NCBI GenBank assembly: GCA_963833125.1
Contig: CAWHWX010000001.1
Coordinates: forward strand, 32,001 to 96,000
Direction: 5' to 3'
DNA: 64,000 bases
Origin: Candidatus Bathyarchaeota archaeon
Lineage (GTDB): Archaea > Thermoproteota > Bathyarchaeia > 40CM-2-53-6
Part shown: one piece after another, positions 53,904 to 63,811 of the stretch
Layout: every line of letters starts with the position of its first letter
How positions within the stretch are numbered: the first letter of the stretch is position 1
The notes under the pieces: model-generated
The model's database searches: none
What the model was told of the DNA's origin: nothing
Seen by the model: only the letters and a program-made list of their open reading frames with translations
Made by a program: the position numbers and the translations under genes

Positions 53904-54440
53904 TTAAGTGCGTGTCTTTGGAGAAATGACAAGAGCATCCGTCGTATCCGATGTCAATTTTCGTGAACGTAGCGCACCTTGAATTTTCAATTTTGCAGCA
54001 TCACAGTACGCACTCCAAACAAATGGGTTTGGGTCGTAGACTCTAAGAAATTCCCTATCATAACCAAGCACACTCAGCATATGCCAGTTTTTCGGCGGAA
54101 TCGGTACCGAAATTATGGCGGGTCTATTTTCGTCTACACATTCTTCAAGAAAGCTAACTAACGCATTGAATGACCCATGAAATTGATACTCTTCACAATA
54201 TCGGATATCGGCCCACGAAAACTCGGAGTATTGCTTCAATACATCTTGGATTGGTTTGAGTCCTATCTGATCCAGCCCTTTCCTTCTCACGAATTCGCGT
54301 AGTATTTGCCCCTGCGTTACTGTTGAGTTCGGCATGTGATATTTTGCGACTGCCTCAATACTCGCAGGGATACACCAATCATGGTTTGGCGGTTGTCTTA
54401 CTTCAAACGGAAAGCGTTCGAAGTATCGAATCAGTTGCAA
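53904..54440 (-). CDS. C39-like (papain-fold) cysteine peptidase
   Basis: Q-x5-WC (QPPNHDWCIPAS), PAIISV, WHMLSVLGYD, VYDP catalytic pattern. Confidence 0.8.
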   Translation of the reverse strand: MQLIRYFERFPFEVRQPPNHDWCIPASIEAVAKYHMPNSTVTQGQILREFVRRKGLDQIGLKPIQDVLKQYSEFSWADIRYCEEYQFHGSFNALVSFLEECVDENRPAIISVPIPPKNWHMLSVLGYDREFLRVYDPNPFVWSAYCDAAKLKIQGALRSRKLTSDTTDALVISPKTRT

Positions 54441-54751
54441 GTCTTCTTACTCCTATACCCTGTGTTATACCGTTCGGCGTTTGAATCAATGTACGCGACT
54501 TATTTTCTCTGGCCGCACGGATTCCTATGTCAGTCGGTGTCCTTTCATTTAACCCAACGGTCCACTAACTGGACTTGAGCTGAATTCCAAACTGGGATAC
54601 AAGAGCTTCCGTTGTGACCTGATTAACTAGCGAAAGTGACCTCGCCTCCGGCAGGCTGCGATTTATGCGTTCAAGCGCCCGAATCTCATGCCTTAGATTT
54701 TCGAAGTCTTATTATGACAATATCCCGATTTCACTGAAGAGGGCGAAAGAA

Positions 54752-55168
54752 GTGAGTGATTTCAACGATTGGAACAGAAAGATCATCGATGAGTTTCGAG
54801 CGAATGAGGGGAAGGTCGGCGGGATGTTTGAAGGCAAAACGTTGCTTCTTTTACACGCTAAAGGGGCTAAGAGCCAGCAGGAACGTATCAATCCACTAGC
54901 GTATGTGCGAGATGGGGAAAGGTTCGTGGTGATTGCGTCTAAAGGAGGCGCACCGACAAACCCGGATTGGTACTACAACGTTGTTGCAACCCCCGAACTC
55001 ACGGTTGAAGTTGAAACGGAAAGATTTCGGGTTCATGCCACCGTAGCTGAAGAACCGGAACGGACGCGGTTATACAATAAGATGGTTGAGATGATGCCTG
55101 CCTTTGATGATTATCGACATAAGACTACGCGCAAAATTCCAGTCGTTGTGCTGACACCTATGAAGTAA
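54752..55168 (+). CDS. Deazaflavin (F420)-dependent nitroreductase family (Ddn/FDOR-A)
   Basis: WNRKIIDEFRANEG, LLLLH..GAKS...R.NPL, ASKGGAPTNPDWYYN, RKIPVVVL. Confidence 0.93.
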   Translation: MSDFNDWNRKIIDEFRANEGKVGGMFEGKTLLLLHAKGAKSQQERINPLAYVRDGERFVVIASKGGAPTNPDWYYNVVATPELTVEVETERFRVHATVAEEPERTRLYNKMVEMMPAFDDYRHKTTRKIPVVVLTPMK

Positions 55169-55307
55169 GAGTGAAATTGCTAAAAATATCTCGTCACAGC
55201 ACACTTTGCAGCGATTTTCACGCTCTTCTCGCATGACACTCACAGCCATCACAGCCATAGCCCTTAACGTCCGCAGAACCAAGAGTACTTGTCCAAGGCG
55301 ATAGCGG

Positions 55308-56180
55308 ATGGTTACTTTAGCTGTGATTGTACCATGTCGGAACGACTGCGACGCAGCGGAGAAGTTGGTTTCAAGTTTCAGTGAACAAACCATTCAACCA
55401 GACAAAGTTGTCGTAGGTCACGATAAGTGTCTTGGCCAGAGTGGATGCGTCCAGTTTGGAAACAAAGCTGCAACAATCAACTTCTACGCCAAGCAGCTCG
55501 ACACCGACTACATTGTAGTCTTGGATGCCGACATGGAGTTAACGCCAACATTCTTTGAGGCATTCAAGATCGCCTTCGAACGAACAATGCCGACCGTAGG
55601 CAGCGGCGTTGTCTACGCACTATCAGAGAATACGGCGGCGAGGAAGAACCGACTTATTGGATTCGGTAGTGGGGCAATGCGCTGGTACTGGTTCGGGGGA
55701 TGCATGTACATGCAAAGAAGCTTCCTCGTAGCCAACCCTATGCCTACGGAAACTGTACTTGAGGACGTTGTTTACGGTAAACTACTCGAGCAGAGGGGAA
55801 TCAACGCCGAATTCGTTCCCAACGCTGTCTGTTTCATGTGGAGGAAAAACGAGACCTTAATCCGACAACTACGAAGACAAATTCGGTTCATGCTGGGATC
55901 ACTCGAACAAACACGTTTCCATCTGAGTCGACACACGCCTGTCCTTTACGCCGCCCTTTCCACCGGCTATGTTCTTACCCTGCTGGGGGCTTTCAGGCTT
56001 AACCTGGTTTTTGGATTCAGCCTCTTTCTCGGCTACACTCTCCTAGTCGCAGCATGCTATTACTCCGGTTCTCAGTATGAAGAGAACGGTCTCGCCGTCA
56101 CTCTCACATACAGCCTATTGTGGCTTCCAATCTGCTGCTACACGTTTGCACTGTTTATCGCAAGGAAAAAGATATGGTAG
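55308..56180 (+). CDS. GT2 family glycosyltransferase with C-terminal TM helices
   Basis: VIVPCRN, GNKA, LDADM, LEDV, QLRRQIRF. Confidence 0.82.
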   Translation: MVTLAVIVPCRNDCDAAEKLVSSFSEQTIQPDKVVVGHDKCLGQSGCVQFGNKAATINFYAKQLDTDYIVVLDADMELTPTFFEAFKIAFERTMPTVGSGVVYALSENTAARKNRLIGFGSGAMRWYWFGGCMYMQRSFLVANPMPTETVLEDVVYGKLLEQRGINAEFVPNAVCFMWRKNETLIRQLRRQIRFMLGSLEQTRFHLSRHTPVLYAALSTGYVLTLLGAFRLNLVFGFSLFLGYTLLVAACYYSGSQYEENGLAVTLTYSLLWLPICCYTFALFIARKKIW

Positions 56181-56238
56181 GCGCCGCCCCTATCAAGAGT
56201 CCCTCGGAGTCTCACTATACCTGATACTCGCTGAAGGC

Positions 56239-56279
56239 TTACTAGTAAACTGGGGCTGAAATCCCCTCCCCCGCACATT
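56239..56279 (+). repeat. Dispersed repeat copy R5
   Basis: ttactagtaaactggggctgaaatcccctcccccgcacatt. Confidence 0.8.
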
Positions 56280-56335
56280 GTACTGGCCTCAAAGAGTAGA
56301 AAGGCCCATCTCGATCTGTTAGGTCACGACTAATC

Positions 56336-56620
56336 ATGAGCTTGTTGAGTGGCATCGAACTCCTGTCGGTGCTTGTGGTAGTTGGTGTGCTGTTTCTTTT
56401 GGGCGTACGATTGAGAACGAGATCGAGTACCGCCATTCTATTGCTGATCATTACGTTTCTATTTCTGGCGTTGATCTCCTTAGGCAAATTGACTATGGCT
56501 TTGTTTACCGCGGCACTCTTTCTTGGGACGATACTAATCCTGTTTGTCTGGATCTCACTCCGCCACTCATCTCTTAGCATTCTACAGGTTTCGACGGAAG
56601 TCAGCCGGACCCGCACCTAA
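56336..56620 (+). CDS. Small 3-TM membrane protein flanked by R5 and R6
   Basis: 94 aa; three hydrophobic helices. Confidence 0.65.
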   Translation: MSLLSGIELLSVLVVVGVLFLLGVRLRTRSSTAILLLIITFLFLALISLGKLTMALFTAALFLGTILILFVWISLRHSSLSILQVSTEVSRTRT

Positions 56621-56668
56621 ATAGGTACAAGTCCCTCCGGACCCGCCACACTTACGGTTCGCTTATGG

Positions 56669-56709
56669 TTACTAGTAATTTGGACCTGAAATCCACTCCC
56701 CCACACATT
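56669..56709 (+). repeat. Dispersed repeat copy R6 (direct repeat of R5, 35/41 identical)
   Basis: ttactagtaatttggacctgaaatccactcccccacacatt. Confidence 0.8.
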
Positions 56710-56887
56710 CCATAGAACCACGTGTACTCCCAAACGAAATCTCCGCCCGACTCTTGGAACGTGCGTTATGAACGCGGGGGAAAGAATAACCTGTCCAAGA
56801 AGGTTCCTGAGAGAAGACTCGAAGTGACCGGTCAGTTGGATTGCATATTCAAATTGCGCTCTTACTGCCATTGGAATATATTCTAAA

Positions 56888-56905
56888 TAAATTGGGTCAA
56901 CAGAA
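56888..56905 (+). repeat. Degenerate repeat copy R7
   Basis: taaattgggtcaacagaa versus R4 taaattgggtggtcagaa (15/18 identical). Confidence 0.45.
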
Positions 56906-56934
56906 TTAGTGAAGATATACCGGGAGTATTGAAA

Positions 56935-57573
56935 CTATTCCTGAAGTTTGCGTTCTGATATTCGTCTGGCTGATGATACGATTAGTGGAATGAACCAGAA
57001 GTAGAATCGTATGGGTTGGTCGAAGAGTTTGATATTCCAGAATACTGGCAGCACGGTGATGGCGAATAGGGCTGCGGAGATGAATAGAATGTTCCTAACC
57101 CTCGTATATTTCGCGAGTGATTCCTTCGGAACCAACCCTTTCTCTTCCGAGGCTAATTGATGTGTGAATAATGCGAGGAGCAGCATCAGTCCGGCCATGT
57201 CTAGGGCGTACAGGATTGAGGCGTAGTAGAGGAATATTTCGTGGGTTAGGAGGTCGAAGGTTATGTTGAGGTAGAAGAGGTAGGGTTCAATGGAGACGAG
57301 AAAGAGTAGCACGAGGTTGAGGGTGACTATGGTGCTATCCTCCAGAGGGAGAACCGACATTATGTTCGTATAACTTAGCCATACAGAGATCAAAATCAGG
57401 AACCCAAAACCGAACTCTAGAATGTCGATAAGGATCCCGAACGGCTTCGGAGGGAGCCGAGTGATCAAGGGAATGGTACTGATCGCTAGGGCCAGTCCGA
57501 ATATGATGTCCGAGAGCGACTCGATCCGGGACTTGGCAATTCGCGGCCCAGCCTGTTTCATTGTTTCGTCCAA
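56935..57573 (-). CDS. TMEM175 (DUF1211) family potassium-channel-like protein
   Basis: RIESLSDIIFGLALAI (RxxxFSD-like), W, LNLVLLFLVSIEPY; 6 TM segments. Confidence 0.82.
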   Translation of the reverse strand: MDETMKQAGPRIAKSRIESLSDIIFGLALAISTIPLITRLPPKPFGILIDILEFGFGFLILISVWLSYTNIMSVLPLEDSTIVTLNLVLLFLVSIEPYLFYLNITFDLLTHEIFLYYASILYALDMAGLMLLLALFTHQLASEEKGLVPKESLAKYTRVRNILFISAALFAITVLPVFWNIKLFDQPIRFYFWFIPLIVSSARRISERKLQE

Positions 57574-57634
57574 AGAGGAATCGGGATTTAGTGGCTGAGC
57601 TGTGTTGAAAAGTTCTTTGATCGATTCTGGTAAA

Positions 57635-57892
57635 TCATGAGGATGGTTTCATGCGGTGACGTTTGGGTGGGTTCTGCCTGAGTGATATTTCGCAGACCAT
57701 CTTGACGATTTCCGAGACATCCTTTAACCCATCGAATGAGCCAATGAATTCGAAATTGTTTCTTTGAACTAAGAACGCTTTCCCTTTCCTCTTGCGTCTG
57801 GATTCAATGTCGAAAAGGATTGCTGGGCGAACTTGAGTAAGTTTACTTTGAATATGTGCTTTCAGCCTTACCCGGTTAAGTTTTGACATCAT
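57635..57892 (-). CDS. Hypothetical protein
   Basis: 85-aa ATG-started ORF. Confidence 0.4.
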   Translation of the reverse strand: MMSKLNRVRLKAHIQSKLTQVRPAILFDIESRRKRKGKAFLVQRNNFEFIGSFDGLKDVSEIVKMVCEISLRQNPPKRHRMKPSS

Positions 57893-58046
57893 ACAAGATT
57901 ACGTTTTCCAGTACCCAAAATCTCCATTACTTGTAACCTTCCTTCGCCTATGTGGCCGTGGCGTTTGAGGAGTTCAAAATCTTCCTCTGTTACTTCGCCT
58001 TTCCGATTGGGAGGGAATCGTAGGGTCTTGAATACTCGCACCGGAG

Positions 58047-58325
58047 ATGAAGGTTCGGTGGGCACGGCACAGCAACTACAGCTTCATACCAGCTCTGCGA
58101 TTGCGGCTCGATGTACATCAAACACTTTCCCATTATGAGGACCCAGTTTCCTCCCATCTCAGGAACTATTTCAAACTAATCGCAACACAACACATAGGAT
58201 TATTTGACATGGCTGTAAATCATCTAGAATCACATGAATTATTCGGAAAAATTGGCCATGAAGTTCTGCCAAAAATGACAAAGGGACGCGTAATCACCGG
58301 TAACGACGAGCCGCGCATCATGTGA
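58047..58325 (+). CDS. Hypothetical protein
   Basis: 92-aa ORF; no motif recognised. Confidence 0.3.
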   Translation: MKVRWARHSNYSFIPALRLRLDVHQTLSHYEDPVSSHLRNYFKLIATQHIGLFDMAVNHLESHELFGKIGHEVLPKMTKGRVITGNDEPRIM

Positions 58326-58652
58326 ATCAGTATTCATGTCGCGAAACAGATGAAATCTCCTCTTATCTTACATGACATTTCATAATACGATGAGAGGTGA
58401 AAAGATTTGACGAAGAGAGAGAGCTTCAAGAAGTGGACGAAGAAAATGAAGAACGTTCGACAGACGATTCCCAAGAGCACAAAGAGTAGACTCATAACCG
58501 CAGATGACAGAGCGGAATGTTTAGCGGCCTCATAGAAGGCTAGAGCAGGCGCTAGAAAGGACAAGTCTCTCTCTATAATATTCTACCCAAATTATCGTAA
58601 ATAGAAAAGCACTTTTACAGGCAAATCGCTCGTATAACGGGCTGGGAGAGTA

Positions 58653-59018
58653 ATTCTAACTCAAGACGGAGACAACGTCGCAAAGCTGGAAGAACGTTCC
58701 AATAGTGCACTCACCAAATCAATTGACGAAACAATCTCTGAATTCTTAGGTAGAGACGTTACCAAAGCCTTCAGCCATCACCTCTACGCGTATCTTGGAG
58801 TAAGTACGACAGACGTTCCGACCGATCTGAACGAGTTCTTCACAGAACTCAAGAGTTCGTTCGGTGTGGGCGGTAGTGTTCTAGGTCAGAGAATTATTCG
58901 AAGACTCCATGCGGAGTTTGGTTTGACTTTACCTACCCCGAATGCGGGGGTATCTGAATCTTCTCAACTGTTGGTCAATTTTGTTAAAGAAATCTCAACC
59001 TTAGGGAGAATGGTTTGA
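58653..59018 (+). CDS. Unlisted DUF3227/NitrOD5-like protein lacking an early ATG/GTG/TTG start
   Basis: Open frame 58638..59018: ...SIDETISEFLGRDVTKAFSHHLYAYLGV...FFTELKSSFGVGGSVLGQRIIRRLHAEFGL...; its TGA overlaps the TTG of the next gene. Confidence 0.7.
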   Translation: MLTQDGDNVAKLEERSNSALTKSIDETISEFLGRDVTKAFSHHLYAYLGVSTTDVPTDLNEFFTELKSSFGVGGSVLGQRIIRRLHAEFGLTLPTPNAGVSESSQLLVNFVKEISTLGRMV

Positions 59019-62000
59019 TCTTGTCGATGCCTAGGGGCAGATCAAGGCTTCCGCTCATAGTCTCAATATGCTTTGCTGCAGTAGCTGCGATTGGTGCGTT
59101 TGGAACTATAGCTTGGGTGACCGGTCAGTTTACCCTTGCACAAATTAACCCGTTGTTTGTTCCAATTGCCCCATTGACCATTCTGCTCCTAGTATTGCTG
59201 GGGACATCGTGGTTTCTGTACGGTATGAGGCCTAAATATTCCTGGTCTAGAATACAGGCTGGGGCGGTAGGTGTTCTCGTTGTCATACTGACATCCTTAA
59301 CCATTTATCACGCCGTGTTCCCGGGAAGTTTTAGTTTAGAAGCACTGCTATTTCCTAATCCCGGCACCGTTCAGGTATATCCGATAGCCAGGATATCACC
59401 CGTCACCAGCGTTATCTTCCTCCTTGGAGGCCTCTCCCTAGTCTTACTCGTCTCGTCTTCAGGTTCGCCGATCGAGAACCAGTGCCGCTTTGGTTGGGAT
59501 TGTTATCCTTTTCTCTGGTGTCGTGACGAGTCTCGGCTATCTGTATCAGGCACCGCTGCTTTATGGTAGCCCTACGATACCAGTTTCGATCCTAGCCGGG
59601 ATTGCTTTCCTGTTCTTGGGAACGGAAATTTGGGCGGCGGCTGGGCGAGATTGTTGGCCTACGCGGACTTTAACGGGTGATTCTGTCAAGGCTAGGCTAC
59701 TGCGTGCGTTTCTCCCAGCCTCAGCACTGACGTTGGTGATTTCTCTCGTCCTTGATGATGCGCTTGGGGGTATCTACGCTGCACCATTCGTAGCGTCGAT
59801 GACGCTGTTGGGATGGCTTGTGGTAGTGATCATTGGCATAGGGAGATTGAGCAGTAGGATTGGAGCTGGGATCGACCAAGGCATAGCCGAACGCGCACGT
59901 TTGGATAAGGCGCTGCAGGAGAGCGAAGATAAGTATCATGCGATGGTTGATAATTCTCCCAACATGATCGGCATTTTCCAGGATGGCATGCTGAAGTATG
60001 TCAACGCTACTGCAATCCAAGAGTTGGGTTGGAAGTACGAAGAGCTCGTATCGTCTTCTTTTGACCCAATGGAAAACATTGTGTCGCCGCAATCTAGGAG
60101 TCTGTTAAAGGAAAATGTTGGCAGGAGACTGCGTGGCGAAGACATCTCTCCTTACGAGATAAGCCTGACTAGGAAAGACGGTTCACAAATCCTAGTCAGT
60201 GTTAAAGGAACGATGCTTACCTACGAAGGAAAGCCTGCGATTCAGTTCTCATTTCGAGATATGACGAAGCGCGAACATGCTTATGAAACCAAGTCCTCTC
60301 TGGCTGCAATTGTTGAATCCTCGGATGATGCCATCATCGGCAAAACATTGGACGGAGTGATCACGAGCTGGAACAAGGGTGCCGAGAATTTATACGGCTA
60401 TTCTGCCGAAGAAACAAAGGGTAAGTCCGTCTCCATTCTCATCCCGCCTAGTCTTACCGATGAGCTGCCGAAGATATTCGAGAGAATCAAGAGAGGAGAG
60501 AGGATTGAACATTTCGAGACCGAACGCATGAAGAAAGATGGCACTGTCATACAAGTCTCTTTGGCAGTTTCCCCGATTCGAGATTCCACCGGTAGAATAG
60601 TTGGGGCCTCAACGATGGCCCGGGACATCACCGGTCGTAAACGGTTAGAGGAGGAATTGAAACAGCATTCGCTGCACTTGGAGGAATTGGTGGCTGAGAG
60701 GACGAAGGAGCTGGGTTCAGCTCGAGAACGACTGGAGTATGCAGTTGAATCGAATCCTGCGGTCCTCTGCATTGGAAAGCCTCTCCCCGATCAGTCGGAC
60801 TTCAATACAACATACCTTAGCAAGAACATCAAAGCCCTAACGGGATTTGAAGCTGACGAGTTGATTGGATTCAAAGGGGCGGAATTTTGGAAGACGAGAA
60901 TCCCACCCAATCACTATCAAAAATTCTTGGCTGAAATTCCACTCCTTTGGCGCAACGGACAGCATACCTTCGAGTATCAGTTCCTGCATAAGGACGGCGC
61001 CTATCGCTGGATACGTGAGGAGGAGAGAGTGATTCGTAATGCAAAGGGCGAGGTGCAGGATGTGATCGGTTACTGGACCGACGTAACGGAGAACAAGATG
61101 ATCGAGGAGCAGTATCGTGAGTTGTTCGAAGCCTCTCCAGTTTCCCTCTGGGAGGACGATTTCTCCGAAGTGAAACAGTTCCTAGACGAATTACGAAAAA
61201 GTGGGGTGTCAGATTTTGATGCTTACTTCGCCAACCATCCAAAAGATTTTGCTAAATGCGCTTCACTAATGCGAGTCGTCAACGTGAACAAAGCCACCTT
61301 AGACCTCACCGGCGCGAAGTCGAAGGATGAGATTATCGGAGGCGAACGGAAACACCGTAATCTTCTTAGACGGAGCGGGGCGGGAATTTGTGGGGGATAT
61401 CGTTGCGTTGGCTCAAGGCAAGACGCAGTATGAAGCAGAAATCGACAATCAGAACTGTGCACGGTGAGACGAAATACTGCAACTTGACATGCGCAGTGGC
61501 TCCTGGGTACGAGCAATCTCTCGCCAAGGTTCTGTACTGCTTAGTCGACTTAACTGCCCAGAAGAAAGCTGAGGAAGAGGTTCGAGCAGCGCGAGAACGC
61601 CTTGATTTCATATTACGCTCCAGCCCAGCTATCACTTTCACAGGTAAGCCTAATGCTGATCTAACTGATTTCACGATAACCTACATGAGTAGCAACGTTA
61701 AGCAGATTCTAGGTTACGATCCGGATAGATTACTTGGCCGATCCGAACTTTTGGGTGAATCATCTTCACCCCGAGGATTCCGATCTTACTCTATCACAAT
61801 TACGCCGCGTCTTCACAGATGGACACGTCAGCGTGGAGTACCGCTATTCATCGTAAGGACGGTACATATCAGTGGATGCGAGATACCGTCGATCTCATCA
61901 AAAATCCCGATGGCAAACCGATCGAGGTGGTGGGAACTTCCATCGAAATTAATGAACAAAAACGGATGGAGGAGGAAAACAGGAAGTTGAACGCTGAAGT

Positions 62001-62982
62001 GGCACTGCGTCTGACCGAAGTCACGGACCAGGTTGAATCATTATCCAGGTCAAGAGAGAGGTTGAAGACAGTTCCTGATGTAACTTCTGGGCTTGACATA
62101 ATTCTAGATTCAATTCTTTGGGATTTCGGTTTGGACTTTGGGGCTGTGCTCGTAATTGATCGGCATGAGAATCGAGCGAATGTTCGAGCGTCTAAGGGCA
62201 GAGAGCAGGCGCTTCGACTTGATGACAGTTATCCGCTTGGAAGCTTTGTGGAACTGGAAGACTTGCAGACAAAGAGCGTGAGTAAGTTAGCTGTGGAAGG
62301 TGAGAGAAGTATCTTTGGCAAAGCCGCAGTGCGGACAATAATCCCAATCCTTTCTGGAGCAGAGGTATATGGGCTGTTGGCGTTTGGCAGCGTGAAACAA
62401 CAAACGCTTGAACCAAGCAGCATGCGCATGCTGGAACTGTACGCCGAATTAGTCTACTCATTCATTATGGAAAAGTCCGTCGCCGTTGTTCCCGCACTAG
62501 AAACGAAAAGGGTTGGACGTGGATCGGGTGATCTTGAGACTGGTCAGATATACATAGTCAAGAAACATCCAGAAAAGGCATTCGAAATTTTCGCGAGCAA
62601 CGTGTTCAGTAACCATGAAGGCTTGTGTATAACGAGAAGGTATCCACCCAAGGTGCGGAGCGAGTATGGACTTGAGAAGACACCGATCGTTTGGTTGACG
62701 AGCGAAGCATCCGAGAGCGAGAAGACTGTTCAATCTATTCAGGACATATCAATCATAATCGCGAACTTCATGGAGAAAGCTACGAGCCCTGTAATATTGC
62801 TTGATGGGCTCGAATACCTCGTAACCAACAGTGGATTCGACTCTCTCATCAGGTTTCTACAGGTTCTCAATGACCGTCTTCAAAGAAAAAGCGGAGTGCT
62901 ATTCGCGCCCATCCTAGAGGAGGCTTTTGGAACCAAGGACCTTGCCCTACTGCACCGGGAAACAGTGAACTTAGCCGAGTAA
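59015..62982 (+). CDS. Membrane-anchored multi-PAS + GAF-like + DUF835 sensor protein; three frameshifts
   Basis: TM region, PAS repeats (AAIVESSDDAIIG...SWNKGAE; HKDGAYRWI), GAF-like segment, DUF835 GLCITR..P...VWLT...VILLDGLEYL. Confidence 0.85.
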
Positions 62983-63070
62983 GCGAGACGAATCACCAGT
63001 TTGAACAAACAAGTGTTACAATCTTCCGATCCACGGGCGAGTCGAGTATCTCGTCGCAACTGTTAGCGTA

Positions 63071-63811
63071 TTGCTCGTAATCGTGTACGCTTACGGCACG
63101 ACGAATTTACGATTTATCGCTTTCTTCTCGAATGCGATCACGCCGTTTGAGGCGTTGGCTGCTTTCGCAGCTGCCGCGTTCTTGTTCAAGAACAATGTTG
63201 GGAGTAGAGGGGGAGGGATGACACGTCCCTACGGGTTGTATTTCCTAGGTATGGGATGCTGGTTCGTTGCAGAATGCATCTGGTCCGTGTACGAGCTGAT
63301 ACTTGGTATCAGTGTTCCTTTCCCATCGCTCGCTGACCTATTTTGGTTAGTGGGATATGCGCCACTTTTGGGTGCGCTGGTCTCTCAAGCTTGGCCGTTC
63401 AGAGATGTATTCCCTCCACGGAAAGGAGTGGCATTGATTGTAGCGATGTTGGCTGTGACGAGTATCATTCTATTGTTAACGATTCCGCCACTGTTTAAGG
63501 AGGATTTAGACTCCCTTTCTTTCCTGGTAAGTGTTGCCTATCCGTTCTTGGACACTATTTTGTTAACGGTTGCTGTACCCCTTCTCTTGCTGTTCCGCAA
63601 AGGGAGCTACTGGCGGCCGATGTTGTTTGTATTACTCGGGCTTGTTCTGCAATTAGTAGGTGACTTAGCGTTTGCTCAGGGTTTGTTGAATGGGGTCTAT
63701 TACGCGGGCAGTCCTACCGACTTGATTTTTGACTGGTCGTATCTAGCGCTTGCTCTAGGCTTCTATGAGGCTGCTAAACCTGCCCTGTTTGGGGATGAAG
63801 CGTCACTATGA
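63071..63811 (+). CDS. Stand-alone 7-TM membrane sensor-like protein
   Basis: WFVAECIW..YE......PFPSLADLFWLVGY, VAYPFLD. Confidence 0.78.
   Translation: MLVIVYAYGTTNLRFIAFFSNAITPFEALAAFAAAAFLFKNNVGSRGGGMTRPYGLYFLGMGCWFVAECIWSVYELILGISVPFPSLADLFWLVGYAPLLGALVSQAWPFRDVFPPRKGVALIVAMLAVTSIILLLTIPPLFKEDLDSLSFLVSVAYPFLDTILLTVAVPLLLLFRKGSYWRPMLFVLLGLVLQLVGDLAFAQGLLNGVYYAGSPTDLIFDWSYLALALGFYEAAKPALFGDEASL

Noticed and set aside
53784-53906. Canonical integron attC site after the C39 gene (ACTTAAC fits R'')
   Set aside because: No matching GTTRRRY R' box at the far end, the other copies lack R'', and no intI is present.
55240-55263. Tandem repeat TCACAGCCA x2
   Set aside because: Too short and isolated to be meaningful.
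49750-56905. CRISPR array reading of the dispersed repeats
   Set aside because: Spacing is 200-3200 bp and irregular, the copies are divergent, and there are no cas genes.
145-62733. Numerous antisense or overlapping 60-210 aa ORFs (e.g. 8260..8889, 12102..12719, 49150..49719)
   Set aside because: They shadow well-supported genes and carry no motifs of their own.
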